A stretch of 64,000 bases of DNA. Source: Microbotryum violaceum (Eukaryota). The stretch's first letter is position 1. Each line of letters starts with the position of its first letter. Shown here piece after piece: positions 30,086 through 43,800 of the stretch. The stretch spans positions 372,001-436,000 of the forward strand of contig CDLV01000004.1 of the NCBI GenBank assembly GCA_001244265.2. Reading direction: 5' to 3'. The position numbers were made by a program, and so were the translations under genes. Below the pieces are notes generated by a model. That model saw nothing but the letters and a program-made list of their open reading frames with translations, was not told the DNA's origin and did no database searches.

Positions 30086-32243
30086 TATTTCCAAGTGACG
30101 GCTGGAATTACCACGCGCTTGGGTAAAATCAGCGCGCGCGTGGACATAACACCCTGGAAATACCCAGGCGCGTGGTAAAACCAGGCGCCCTGGAGATACC
30201 AGGCTGTCGGGTATTACCCAAGCTCGCTTTTGTAAATACCAGACGAGACCTCGGGTATTCCTGTAAGGTATGCGCCTCTGATGTGCATAAAATACGATCT
30301 GTCATTCTTGACCACTAGACTAAAAGCAAGTCGTAACTAGAACTCGGCAGTTCTAGCTACTCAGAGGCTACTTATAGGGCTGTTCTGTAAGGCATCCCCT
30401 TACAATTCCCCTCTAAGGGTGGAATTCCCCGCTCTCTACGGCCCTCAGTGTTTGGCCTACCCTGAGCAGCCTACGGCATGACTTTGGGCCCGTTTGCCTT
30501 CGCTTCGAGACGCGATGCTCGCGCTTGAACAAGTCACTTAGTACTAGCCATCTTCGGTAATCACTTGAGTTGAGTGGCTGTGAGGGATTAGGCCGATTAG
30601 ATATTGAAAGGGCGCAAGTTCCGTTCCGCTTCACTTCGGTCCGAGATTGGAGCATAGCACGACAACATCATCCCATGTTGAACGATGCCTTCGATTGATT
30701 ATTGCCGCTCACCAACATGAACTTGACGATCGCCGAGCTCCTCGCCTTCGATGTCGCTCCCGCCGACGCGTCTCTTCACATCGAGTTGTCCAAAGACGAG
30801 CTCACCCACTACTCGACCTTATCATCTACTCGAAGCCGTTGAGAAGGCAAACAGCTTCTCACCACCAATCGTGCGTCTACCAAGCTCAACTATCGAAATT
30901 TTGGTCTAAGCTCACGCGTGTTTGGTTCTACACAGCCCACACACTTGAAACTTCCGCCTCAAGTTGTCGATGCTCGCGATACCAATTTCTCGCTGAACTG
31001 GCCAACCTGATTGCCCATCAAGCTGCTAATAAGTGTAGCCACCTCAAGCTGTTCTACTCAAGGGAGGCCGATGGAATCGAGCGACCCAACTCGCGGAGAG
31101 GCAGGCGTAGGGGTTAGCAATACAGAGGAAGGATGCAGTACAACACATTCATGCGTCTTTAAAGGGTTGGTACAGTCCATGGGACCATCTCGCTGCGAAG
31201 ACATGGCGGGCACGACGAGGAGCTTGAACGAGATTCAGAAGAACGCCTACATTGAGGACGGCCGCATTCAAGTGAGTTGTTGCTGAATTTGGGAACGAAG
31301 GCAGCTGGATCTAATGTTTTGCCGGTCCTATACTTTTAGGAAAAGCTCCCTGAGAGAGACAAGCAGTACGGAGCGCTAGCACAACGCAATCCTCATTTTG
31401 GATCGCTTGACGGAGCTGTAACCGCTGCCACACCATTGGCGATTGGATCTCTGATCTGCTTTGGCCTCAAGTGTGGCATGCATTCACTCAGCTGTGATCA
31501 AACTGTTTATGGAGAAGAAGCGCTGTCTATCGGAATTGGTACATTGTTTTGAGTGGCAGTTGAGCTGTGAAGTTCTCGTTTGGCACAAGTCTTGTGTCCT
31601 ACAGTGCGATGCATCTACAGCAAAGTGACAACAAATCACTGCAACCAAGACACGCTCGCCTCGTTGGTTCTGCTCTCAAATGTCGTCGTACAGGAGCTTC
31701 GCCTCATCAAGAAAACATGCTATTCCACACACCTCATTGATGGCCCTATGCCGTTCCGCATGATTGATGGTCGACAGGTCATTGAGTCATTAGGCCCGTC
31801 AACGACTACATATCGTTCAACCACGGACCTTACCACATGTTACCCGGACGACCGCCTAATGAGCACGAGCGCACATGCCGAGCAAAGGTTTGCCGCCCTT
31901 CGGAGCGTGCCCGGCCTGCGAGATGCCGCCGGCAGAACCTCTACAAATCGCACAAATGCCACCGCGGAAACAAGGAGCTCAACTTCAGCAAAAAGGAAGT
32001 CTGACAACGAAGCAGCGAGCCAGCCAGCAAAGCAAGGAAGGCTTATTTGAAGCCTGGAGCCACGCGCAACACCAGCCGAAGCGACGCGCGCCGCCGCGGC
32101 GCGCCCGCAAACGCTCGGCACGCGTTTTCGAGGACTTTTGAGCGATTTTTGGAGCATGTAGAACACGTTTTGATAATATTTCCGAGGCGCATGCGAAATT
32201 TTGACATTTTGGGTCCAAAATAGGCCAAAAAACTTTGACAAAA

Positions 32244-34841
32244 CCAGTGGGAACCCGTTAAATTAACGGGAGGATGAAATTCAAATAGCAGGAGAATCGA
32301 ACAGTCTACATGAATCAACAGAGGTTAAATAAACCCATTACTAAGTACAGCAAGGAAACAGTTCTTCATTCACAAACAGCCTGCCCGTTGCTTGTTGCCA
32401 AAACGGTCGTCGTCGCAGAGTCGGTTCAACTTGGCTTCAAACGCTCATGCAATGAGTTCCGGTCGGTTGCATGCTTGGTCGTTCGGTCCTAGTGCAGCCT
32501 TGATTTTAAGCCATTCGGGGTTGCACGTCACCGTGATGAACAGCGAAGGCATCCCATATTTTACGACGCACGCCATCGCATCTTGGTAACGCTGCGTGTT
32601 CTCGCGCGGTCTATTCTTGAACGTTGAGCCCAAAATTACCGAACATCCAACTTGATCCGGGGTCAAGCTGATGATGCCTTGGCCCGTGGTGAGGCGGAGG
32701 TTTTCTTGATCCAACTAGAGGTAAGTTGATTCGATCGGTCTCGACCTGGGAGTATCCGTCATTACGAGCGCCAGAAGGCACGTTGGGTACAATGCGGAAT
32801 TGAGAAGTACTCGTCGCGTTTGTGCAAGTAGTACGCAAATGATTGTGAACGCGAGACTCGCCACCTCGATCCCCTTTATTTGAGCTTCGTCCTAGATGTT
32901 CACACGTTCAATGTCAGTCTGTGCAGTCTGTGCGTGCGCCTTAACAGAATGGAACATCCGAGAAAGAACCGAAGGCGCTTCACCATCACCATTCTCTTCG
33001 TCCCCTTCCTCCTCGTCTTCATCCTCTTCGTCGGCGAAGGGTGACCCAGCTTGGTTGGAACTGCACAGAGGAATGTTGGGGAGGAAGCCATCTTCTCCTG
33101 CAGGGAAAAAGTAGTGGGTAACGGAGAGGCATCGCGGACGGATGGAGCGAGCTAACGATTTGGTACTTGAGCCGACCATCGGGACATCGATCACCGTGCA
33201 CCTGGAGAATAAGGTCTTGCGGTCCACGATCTCCCGTGTTGGTGTCGGAATCGCAGATAAGCATCGCCATTTCGGTGCTCGACGTAGGAAGGTTGTGTGT
33301 GCGTCGGTCTCCGCCAGGTGGTAGGCAGAGGCGCAGGACCCACTCTTTGGCCTAACCTGCGCGAGCTTTGGCCGTTGCAAGTTCCCTCACCAAGCGATTG
33401 CCGGTACGCAACGTAGAATTGAGCTTGGTCAAAGTAGATCTTTGTATGCGACTGCCTGCGCCGTCGGGTCCAAGTTGAGTGTCGGTGACCTCGGCTGGGC
33501 AGATGAGCCATGTTTTGGCAAAGGTTGGGCGCTGATTGACGGCAGGAATCAGGACGCCGAGAGGCGCCGAGTCGATGGTAAAGGCGTCGAAATATCCGAA
33601 ACATGCGGGGTCCTTGAGTGCCTAGTCGAGTCTGGTCAAAGTGGGCAGCGAGCGAAGTGAAGACAGCACGTTCAAGTTGTTGTACGACCGGGCATTCTCG
33701 CGGAATGCAACCGCTTCTGTGTAGGTGGGTCGAACAGTTCAGCATGTGGGCCTACTACAGACGAACGTCGTTGGACGGAGCAACTGACCGCTATCCGAGC
33801 CTTCAAGAAGCTGCCGATACTCGAGATTGGGCTGGGGAGGGGGAGGCAGCTGCACCTTGCCCTGCGAGCAGCACGTGCTGAAGTGTCCGGTCGACTTCGA
33901 CCTTTCGCACTCCCAGTGCCAAGCCTTGCAGTGGGTGCACACGGCCGTCTGCGGGCCGAGGCCATCGCGGATCGAAACGTGGGGCTTGAGGGGTTTGAGC
34001 GCGATTCGAGGCCTGCGCACTTGCCTCTGCGCAGGAAGAGGTGGTGGTGGGGCGAGCTCAGCGTCGGATCGGCCATCGGGCCCTCGCGCTGACCACGCTG
34101 TTCGTTCTACAAAGCTGTACGGCGGACGCTATACGGGTCGTAATACCAAGATTGGTCGAGTGGTTGTCATCACGCGCGGGGAGCTGATTCTGTTTATCGG
34201 AGCGGGACAAAGAGGAGAGGAGAGCAGCCGGCTCAGCGGCAGGCGCTCAAGCAAGTTCGAGCAGGCCCATGGTCTCCCATGGTACGGCGGTACGCTATCC
34301 TCGCGCCAGAGACTCGGCGCGGTTGTCACGAAAATTCGATGAGTAGGAGGGAAAGGAAAGAATTAGAGAGAGTATCGCGGGACTATTTACAACCCCTGGA
34401 AAATCATGTTGTTGTTCAGCCCCTAAAACCGGTGTCGCGTTGTAAACAGTACGTCACGTGATCGACGGCGCATCGGGCAGCGTAAGCCGCGCCCGCACAG
34501 ACAGCGGGACCACGCCCGAGCTCTGTAGAAGAAGTGTCATGCAAACCCACGCGCTTGCTATACACTAAATCCCAAACAAACTGATCAATGGTTGGGTACC
34601 CTGCCAAAAATCAACAAAATTGTCCTCGGGCTGTAGCTCGACTTTTATGGTGCAGAAAATGCGAAAAGGGTCGTACATGACTTCTGGTCGGGACGCCAAA
34701 ATCACAGGCAGGCGCGGCAGACGCAATACTGTACTGGTACATTCACTATAGGCGGCCCAGAGGTCCGCAACACAGTCAAAAACAGCGATTTTAGGTGCAT
34801 GGGTCGCGGATCGACCTTTTTTTTAATAAAGAGGTAGTAAA
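32244..34841 (-). mobile_element. Helitron, internally deleted and decayed
   Basis: 3' end CTGG preceded by the hairpin CCCGTTAAATTAACGGG (32254-32270); 5' end TTTACTACCTC; Rep remnants CTHCKAWHW...CCSQGKVQLPP, PLRYPLLFP and YQDAMACVVKYGMPSLFITVTCNPEW; host sequence resumes cleanly on both sides. Confidence 0.9.
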
Positions 34842-34976
34842 GGCCAAAAAAGGGCGTTTTTCCGCATGCGCCTCTGGCTGGGCTTTCGGGGGTCTGCGCC
34901 GTCTCAGCGCCGCCAATCAGCCGAACAGCGACCACCCGTTCCTTTTCCCTTGTCTATCGTCATAACCGAAATCAAC

Positions 34977-37653
34977 ATGACACGGATGGGCTTGCCTTTG
35001 TCGCAGCTGGTGATGACGGCGTTGGTCCTGCTCTCTGGGGCCGCACCCATCACGCCCATGGAAATGGCCGGCGAGTCTTTGACTGCCGAGACGTGGAACA
35101 CCGTCAACAACGGCACCTGGTAAGTATAGAGGCATGCGCAGGATCAAGGACATCAAAGTGCAGGTGGAACATGGGACTGACTGCCCTCTGTTCGTCCTTA
35201 TCGCACAGGCTGGTCGAGCACTATTCGTACGTCATGATCCTTTCGGGTAAGAGACGACGTGCAAGAGGGGCACTGACATTTGCTATTCGGCGTGACAGAC
35301 CATATTGCCACCACTGCCGGTCATTTGCTCCCAAGTGGAAAGAACGTAAGTCGACCTTGACGCGCCTCATCAATCAACCCCCCCACCTGAAGAAACCGGT
35401 AGCTCACCGTCCAAACCTCCTCTACCATCCCAACCGGCCCACGACGCCCCATACACAGTGTACGACCTCAAGCGTGTGCCCACGACTTCGCAAAACTTCT
35501 ACTTTGCCCAAGTCGACTGCGCCGCCAACGGCGACCTCTGCCACCTCAACAATGTCAAATACTACCCCTCCATATTCCTCTACCACCACGGCGTATTTGT
35601 CGAAGAGTATTCCGGCAAGCGTGCCGTCTTTGACCTCGATCAGTACATCGACAGGCAAATGCTTAAGAATAAGCAGGCCAAAGCAAAGATGGATCAAGCC
35701 GAGGACGAGGAAGAAGAGGACGAGGAAAATGCTGAAGAGAACGGCATGCAATCAGATGCGCTCGACAATGGGCCTCAGGGTCAGGTCAAGACAGACAGGC
35801 TGGCGGCGGCGATCAAGGGTAAGGCGGGGGAATCAGACACGAGCGCTGCGAAACACAAAGGACCGACGCGGGAGGCCAAGTTGCATCTGAATAACGAAGA
35901 TGCACAAGAGGAGAAGGCCTCTCCATCGGCGCTTGAAGTCATCCTTGAAGGGGCCAAGAAGGCTGCACCCGTCGTCGTTTCACCGCCGTTGTTGAAAGTG
36001 GACAAGATAAGCAAGGAGTTGCTGGACGCCGCCGTGGATTCTGAGTCCGACAAGACCGCCGACGGTCGAGCGCCCAAAGGCGGCATTGCTCGACTGGGCA
36101 AAGGCTCCGCCGATTCCGACTCGCCGCCCTTGTTCGTCGCCCAGCCACATCAGCAAATCGACGAGAAGCGCAACAACCAACCCTTGCCCGTTGGTCGGGT
36201 CCACATCCTCGAGCCGACGCAGATCGACGCTCTCAACGCTGACGATGCACCCCCCTCGTTTGTCAAGTTCTATGCGCCGTGGTGTGGGCATTGCAAAGCG
36301 CTTCAACCGCGCTGGGTCGACCTGGCCGCGCAACTCAAGGGCAGAGTCGATGTGTACGAGATGGACTGCGACCAGAAATCGACCAGCAAGACCTGCGCGG
36401 TGGAGAAGGTCCAATCGTACCCTACATTGATGCTCTACCATCAGGGGCAAAAGGTCGAATACAACGGGCCTCGTGATGTTGAAACAATGCGTCGCTTCGT
36501 CACTCGCGTCGTCGATTCGAGCCAGGTCAAGCCTTTGGCCAATGAGTACGAACTCAAGCGCGTCGTCGCCGCCGAACCCGTGGTCATGCTGTTCTTGTAT
36601 TCGCCTTCGCTCTCCAAGGACGATCTCAAGATCGCTAAGACCGCAGCCAGGAACCTGCAAGGCGAACCCTCATTCTACACCTCGACGTCGCCGGACCTCT
36701 TCTCCCTGTACTCGGTCCAACAGGACGCCGTCTTCCTCGTCTTGAAGGGCCTGCACCTTCAACCGAGCTCGAGACATACCTTCCCCTCTGCATCTACATC
36801 AGGGCTGGCCACCCGCGAAGCGAGGATTGAGAACATCTCGAACTGGATGCGATGGGCCAAGATGCCCGCTCTGGTCGAACTGAACTCAGCGACGATCCAC
36901 GATGTCCTGCCCGCGACGGGTGACGAGGTCCCTCTTGTTGTCTTGGGTCTGTTTTCAAAATCACAAATGGGCAAGGATTATGAGGATCAAAAGACCGCGT
37001 TCGAAGCCTTGGCCAAGGGGTGGGCAGAGCGAAGGGGTAAAGGGGACAAGTTGGCGAGGGAGGTGATCTGGGCATGGGTCGATGCGGACCGGCGGATGGG
37101 GTGGCTGAAGGGGATGTACTCGGTGAATTGGGGGAAGCGACCGGGAATCGTCGTCTCGGACCCAAAAGTAGGTTGTCCAACCTTTTTTTGGATTTTCGTG
37201 TCGAGTTATTGATGGGCATCGTGCTGCCCCTTCTCACACAGGAACTGGCCTATTGGAACCACGATCTCTCGTCCGTGCCCATCACGTCGGACACCGTGTA
37301 CGAAACGGTCGAGCAAGGGATTCTAACCAACCGGTTGAAGCCTCTGAGCTCGAGATCGTTCTTTGATCGACTAGCACATGTGAGCCTGAACTCTGTCGAG
37401 TCCAAACGTTCCCCTCCTGCCCCGGCGACTGATTCATTTCGATTAGCGCCTCGCGCTTCTTACCGACTCGTCATTCAAGTCGTACTTCTCCTCCCATCCT
37501 TTCGCCCTCGTTTTCTTCATCATCTCATCGTGGTTGGCCGGATGGTGGTTCCTGCGACAATGCCTGGGGAGGAGAGGAGGTGCCTCTCTCATGGGTGTGA
37601 GTAGCGGGCCGGCAGGTGCGAGCGATAAAGGCGGGACGGCCAAATACGAGTGA
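34977..37653 (+). CDS. PDI-family thioredoxin-domain ER membrane protein (Eps1-like), multi-exon
   Basis: Signal peptide; PYCHHC and FVKFYAPWCGHCK active sites; GT-AG introns; C-terminal TM segment and ...AKYE* tail. Confidence 0.85.
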
Positions 37654-38916
37654 AGTGACATCAAGCCCTCTTGTATATCGTAACTGTGTGTAATGATGAC
37701 GCACATCTCGCATGCGCCCGAGCGGTCAAGTTCGTGACATAAATACCAAGTTAAAAACTGTCGGGGCGAGGCAGGTCATATAGAGATGCTTCAACAATCG
37801 CAAGTTGTTCATCTCTCGAACTTGACTACACAAGGTCAGGTGGTCTACAAGTTTGATTTGACCGAACCAGCGAGGATCCGTGATCGTGCAGCACAGCAGT
37901 GGAGATCCTGGTAGAAGTCGCGGAATGAATTCGTGGGGCAAACCGAGGTTCGCACGGACTCGCCTTTACGGGGCCAGTGTCATGTCAAGGCCGCGAGCGA
38001 TTCCGCATGCGTCAGCCATGTGTAAACGATGTCTGGGCCCTATTCTTCTTCATCCCCTCTGTTTTTCTGAGGTGTCGCCAACCCGTCAGACAATGCCAAG
38101 CCATGCCGCTTTTGCCATCAACCTGTCGGCGTATTCTTAGAAGCGTTGAGAGGTTTCAACGAGCGTTGTAAATACAGAGCCGAGCTCAAGGCAACTTTGA
38201 GACGGTCTTCAAATCACACCCTTCTTCCCCCTTTTTTTATGTAGAAATTGTTCATCATATTGCGCCCGGTTCATGTTCCGCCTATTTGGCCTACGGAAAA
38301 ACTAGATGGAAGTCGACGATGATAACACAAACCGCCCGCAAGATGCAAGAAACGGGCCGGTGCCCACCAATACGATACTTGAATCCGAAGTGCCCCAGCC
38401 AAGCGGTTGCTCCCCCTCAGGAGACGAATGAGAGAGAGAAGGAGAGAGAGAGAGAGAAAAAGAAAAAGACCTGGCGTACTAACGACAAGAGGCCCACCCC
38501 GCACCCACTTCCCAACTCGGTCGAGCCAAAAACAGGAGAGCGACTGCGCAGCCACCCTAACCCGCGAAGCCCCAAGTCTATGCTCGGTCACAACAAGACG
38601 CGGTGGAGGCCCCTCAAAAGATCCACTTCAGCATTCCCTGGCCCCTCAAATCCGACTTTCTGTCTGTGTATGCTGATCCCTCCCTTGACTCAGAACCCCG
38701 AAGCCGAAGAGCGCGAGCCACCGTCGAGTCAAAGTTAAACCGCGAGCCGGTCCATGAGCTACGGAAGCAGACCTGTAATAGATTAAAGATGAAAGCAAGA
38801 GATTTAGTATACAGTTTTTTTCTCCCGCGCAAGCCGAAGAACTATGCGGATTACTAAAGCAACTCTGATGAAGGTGTTAGTAGACCCTGCACTGATATCA
38901 GGGGCCGGATAGCTTA

Positions 38917-39304
38917 CACATGCTCGCGCGAAACTCATGGAGCCCATATGGAAAAACGCCGTATGTCTGCAAAGACCAAAGTTACCTTGCACCGTGAACG
39001 GCTCCCTTCTGATTTCAATCAGCATCGATTTAAATTGTTATTTCTTTTGCCAGCCCCTTCACAACTGGACTACACAGCCAAAAAAGCCAGCAATTTCAAG
39101 CGATGCGGAATCAGAAGAGAGCCATTTAAGGCGCAAGGTAACTTTGCGTGTAGTTAGTTGTGAAGGGGCTGACAAAATAATAACACTTCCAATCGATGCT
39201 GATTGAAATCAGAAGGGAGCCATTCACGGTGCAAGGTAACTTTGGTCTTTGCAGACATACGGCGTTCTTCCATATGGGCTCCATGAGTTTCGCGCGCGCA
39301 TGTG
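38917..39304. mobile_element. fold-back MITE-like element (~160-bp TIRs)
   Basis: TA|CACATGC...GCATGTG|TA; arms ~38917-39075 and ~39147-39304 are imperfect reverse complements. Confidence 0.75.
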
Positions 39305-39514
39305 TAGTTGGTCAAAGCTTTTTCAATGAATGGAAGCGACCCAGGTGCGACTCCTGGTCCAGCCGTTCTTCTTTGTTGATCATTTTGGACTCTTTGTTGA
39401 TTCCAACAAACTCTTCTCCAGTAAGAATTTTCCGAATTAAACCGCCGAAATATTGCACTCATGGCAGTGATAAGGATAAGCTGACAAACACCGACACGTG
39501 AAAGAATAAAAGCA

Positions 39515-40452
39515 CACTGAGGGCCTTTTTGGCCTGGTAATTCCAGGGGCTTGGGTAATATAATACCCTCTGGTCTTTTCGGCTTTTGCTGCAAGGATTT
39601 GACGCGCCGATTCAGGCTCGCGCGCACGGACCCTCTCTCCCCGTGGATGCTATAGCTGTGCTTCCCACACACGCGGGCTCACGGGCGGTACTCGCAACGC
39701 ACGTTCCCTTTTGGGCCTTCACTGCGTTGTCGACGTTTCCTTATCAGCTTCTATGGCTGCGTTCACCACCTGTAGGGACAGGTGCGTTCCTCACTCCCAA
39801 GACTACATCCCAGCTGACGAGGTCGCTGATCGAGAGTTCCATCTTGCCGGACGTTCACAGCTGCTAGCAGCTCGGTATGAAACCCTCGACGTGGCTCGCT
39901 TAGAGTAGCTCGGGGTAAGTGCTTCGATACACCCAAGCTTGTTGCACGGTGTACTTTGCACTTGGATCCCTGCAAATTCTTTGGGGGCATTTTGCTCCGA
40001 GTCCTTGTTGGGCAACGAGCTAAATCGCATACCTCTCAGCAGACCCTTTGCCGTCCTTTGCACCAACCGCGCCACAACTGTCTTTATACAGTGTCTTGCC
40101 TTTGTCGCAAAGGTATGCTGAGACGATCAGTGGACTTGCTCCATCATCAGTTGCAGCCGACTGACATCCAGAAGCTTGGGTCGCAAAGCTCCCAATTGTC
40201 ATCCCGCCCACCATCCCTGTGTATCACCAAGAAGTTCGGACTCTCCTCCGTTTAGATCAATTTCTTGCGGTTTTCCCCAGAAGGCTGGGTTTTCACCGCT
40301 TGAGGTATTTGTTTAACAACTCCCACACCAATGTTGTCCTTCGTCTTGCTGCGACTCGAACCACTATTCCACTACAACTCGCGCGAGTGGTCAGGAGAGT
40401 CGAGTGAGGTGGTAATACCCGACCCACTGGTATTTCCAGCCGCGCGGGTATT
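39515..40452 (+). mobile_element. left end of a second CACTG element copy, interrupted by ~840 bp of unknown sequence and truncated by KDZ family 2
   Basis: CACTGAGGG...TTCCAGGGGCTTGGGTAATA (39515-39560) and 40403-40452 match 25841-25890 and 25895-25943. Confidence 0.7.
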
Positions 40453-40814
40453 CACCTCGGGCAGACATAAAAAATACGCCTAAACAGGCGCGCGCGCAGC
40501 GCCCCCTCGTGCCTTCCAAGTCACTGCCCCAGCGGGGTGTACCCTTGCTACACCAGGGCGCCGACTTGGCCGAGGTTACCCCAACTCTCTGCTTCGAGTC
40601 GATTCTGTGTACACACAACACTCTCACAGCTGCTAGATTGATTAGGAAAGTGGGTAGTAGATGCATTCCTTCCTTCATATTTTTCACGCATCTTTCGGAT
40701 GTTGTCAATGTCACGTGTCCGAAGCGGTCGCGCGGGATTTCGGTCCCGAGATCGAAGGGTCCGAGCACACGCGTTGGCGGCAGTCGGCAGTCGGCCACGC
40801 GCGCCGAGGCCTAG

Positions 40815-43800
40815 CAGGACCCCCGAAAGCCCAGCCAGAGGCGCATGCGGAAAAACGCCCTTTTTTGGCCTTTTTGTCAAAGTTTTTTGGCCTATTTTGG
40901 ACCCAAAATGTCAAAATTTCGCATGCGCCTCGGAAATATTATCAAAACGTGTTCTACATGCTCCAAAAATCGCTCAAAAGTCCTCGAAAACGCGTGCCGA
41001 GCGTTTGCGGGCGCGCCGCGGCGGCGCGCGTCGCTTCGGCTGGTGTTGCGCGTGGCTCCAGGCTTCAAATAAGCCTTCCTTGCTTTGCTGGCTGGCTCGC
41101 TGCTTCGTTGTCAGACTTCCTTTTTGCTGAAGTTGAGCTCCTTGTTTCCGCGGTGGCATTTGTGCGATTTGTAGAGGTTCTGCCGGCGGCATCTCGCAGG
41201 CCGGGCACGCTCCGAAGGGCGGCAAACCTTTGCTCGGCATGTGCGCTCGTGCTCATTAGGCGGTCGTCCGGGTAACATGTGGTAAGGTCCGTGGTTGAAC
41301 GATATGTAGTCGTTGACGGGCCTAATGACTCAATGACCTGTCGACCATCAATCATGCGGAACGGCATAGGGCCATCAATGAGGTGTGTGGAATAGCATGT
41401 TTTCTTGATGAGGCGAAGCTCCTGTACGACGACATTTGAGAGCAGAACCAACGAGGCGAGCGTGTCTTGGTTGCAGTGATTTGTTGTCACTTTGCTGTAG
41501 ATGCATCGCACTGTAGGACACAAGACTTGTGCCAAACGAGAACTTCACAGCTCAACTGCCACTCAAAACAATGTACCAATTCCGATAGACAGCGCTTCTT
41601 CTCCATAAACAGTTTGATCACAGCTGAGTGAATGCATGCCACACTTGAGGCCAAAGCAGATCAGAGATCCAATCGCCAATGGTGTGGCAGCGGTTACAGC
41701 TCCGTCAAGCGATCCAAAATGAGGATTGCGTTGTGCTAGCGCTCCGTACTGCTTGTCTCTCTCAGGGAGCTTTTCCTAAAAGTATAGGACCGGCAAAACA
41801 TTAGATCCAGCTGCCTTCGTTCCCAAATTCAGCAACAACTCACTTGAATGCGGCCGTCCTCAATATAGGCGTTCTTCTGAATCTCGTTTGTTGTGAGCGC
41901 TCGGGCCACCTGGCCACCTCCAGTCCAGCGAGAGCTCCTTGCGGTGCCCGCAATGTCTTCGAAGCGAGATGGTCCCATGGACTGCACCAACCCTTTCAAG
42001 ACGCGTGAATGTACTGCACTGCGTCCTTGCTCTGTATTGCTAATCTCTAAGCCTGCCTCTCCGCGACTTGTGTCGCTCAACTCCATTGGCCTCCCTTTGA
42101 GTAGAACAGCCCTGAGGTGGCTACACTCATGAGCAGCTCGATGGGCAATCAAGCTGGCCCAGTTCAGCGAGAAACTGGTATCGCGAGCATCAACAAGAGG
42201 CGGAAGTTTCAAGTGTGTAGGCTGTATAGTACCGAAGATGCATGAGTTCAGATCTAAATTACGCTAGTTAAGCTTGGTAGACGCACGATTGGACGTAATG
42301 AGCTGTTTGCCTTCTCAATGGTCTCTAGTACGTAGCGTTCCTCAGCTTGTCCGTCAGCTTCGTCGTAAGCGATTTGCACGTTGAGTCTGGCCAATGAGAA
42401 AGGAGAACATTATGAGGTCCGGATTAAAAGGTAGAAGAACGCTTCAGCGCACGTGGCACAGTGAAGTGTCCACTCACAAGGCTGCCTCAACGTCAAAGTC
42501 CAGAGATGCAAGCGATCGAATCGCACGGTCGACAGCTTCCCGCTCGTTTGGGTCCAGTTTCACAACACCTTGGCACGTGCTACGCCGCATGCCATCAAGA
42601 GCAGAATCCAGCAATTCGGTGCGGAGCAGACCTTGATCTTCCTTGGTAGGATGATGGTCTTCAAGATCTACTTCAAGTGGGCATGGTATCCCGTGTCAAA
42701 TACGCATCACTTGTAGACCAAGTCGTTCGGAACTACCTTGAACTGTTGTGCCATGGGCGAGTACGTCCTCGACGAGTATGTCAGGTTGCGGACCTTGGTT
42801 GCGTCTGTTGGACGCGATGCGTTGCACAGGCTCCCACATGTGTAAACCTGAAAGCAGTTCACGCGCAGTATTTGCCGCTGCAAAACTGGTGAGAGAGATG
42901 TCGCCATCACTGGGGTACATTCACATCGCAACAAGGTCAAGATCGTCGAGGTCGTTGTAGGTATGATGGTAGCCTTGACGTGATCCCGCCGCCTCGGTCT
43001 TAAACTTCCTCATGAGCTCCAAGAGTGCAGTGACTTTGCCAGTTGCCTGTCGGATTCTAGCCGGGTTAACTACTGTATAGATTAGATTGATTTATGAAGA
43101 ACGCACCTGCAAGAACTCTAGAGCATCGAACTCCTTTACAATCTGGCGTATACCCCGAAGAAGTGCTCCACCATTTCTGTGCCATGCCGCCAGGGAATGA
43201 ACGATTCCTTCGGCCAAAAATCTCGGTAGTTGCGGACGAGAGCAATCGTTGAGTCAACCATCTTCCTGACCCCATCAAGCGTTTCTTTGGCGAGGAACGA
43301 GTGAGAGCTAGATCCGGGGCGACTTCGGACAAAGTCATACCACGCCTCGAACGTATATCTGACAACGAGCAACATCCTGATACGTTCAAGGGGCTGAAGC
43401 GACCGGTTCTGGATGGCATCGTGTAACTCGCCACATAAGAAGAGATATACGACCGCATCGGGGTCGAGTTTTTTGTCTTCAGCGAGTTCGGTTACGAGTT
43501 CGAGCGTCGCCTTGGAGAATGCCCGATGTGTTGCATTGTCGTCTTGACGATCACGCCCGACCGCATCACGACGAGACAGAGTACGACGCGACTCCAGTCC
43601 GCCCAGGATGGTGAGCATATCCTGGTAGGCAATGCATCCGAGACCACCGAACAGCAATCTTGCTCCAGAGTCGATAGCGTTCCTCAGACATTGGGCCAGG
43701 TGTTTTTCGTCCCGACAGAAGACTATCGGCGTTCCCGCGACGTTGACGGTCGATATAGTGATCTCAGGAAACACTCCGTCCGGATCTGGGGAGGGGAGGG

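Larger units (their letters stand above)
25841..30450. mobile_element. CACTG-type (En/Spm-CMC-like) element with subterminal repeats
   Basis: TIR CACTGAGGG...CCCTCAGTG; 3-bp TSD TTT (target CCAATTTTGGCC in the intact host copy); many GGTAATACC / GGTATTTCCA / CTGGAAATACC subterminal repeats at both ends. Confidence 0.85.
24307..34896 (+). mobile_element. Internally deleted second copy of the Ulp1/P-like TIR element, hosting nested insertions
   Basis: Ends CAGGACCCCCGAAAGCCCAGCCGGAGGCGCA (24307) and TGCGCCTCTGGCTGGGCTTTCGGGGGTCTG (34896); pieces ~25700-25840, 30451-32243 and 34842-34896 are reverse complements of parts of 40815-47359. Flanks CGCCAG / CGCCGT are only a partial TSD. Confidence 0.8.

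Noticed and set aside
38286-38857. Short ORFs around a (GA)n tract
   Set aside because: Low-complexity, no recognisable domain or consistent splice structure.
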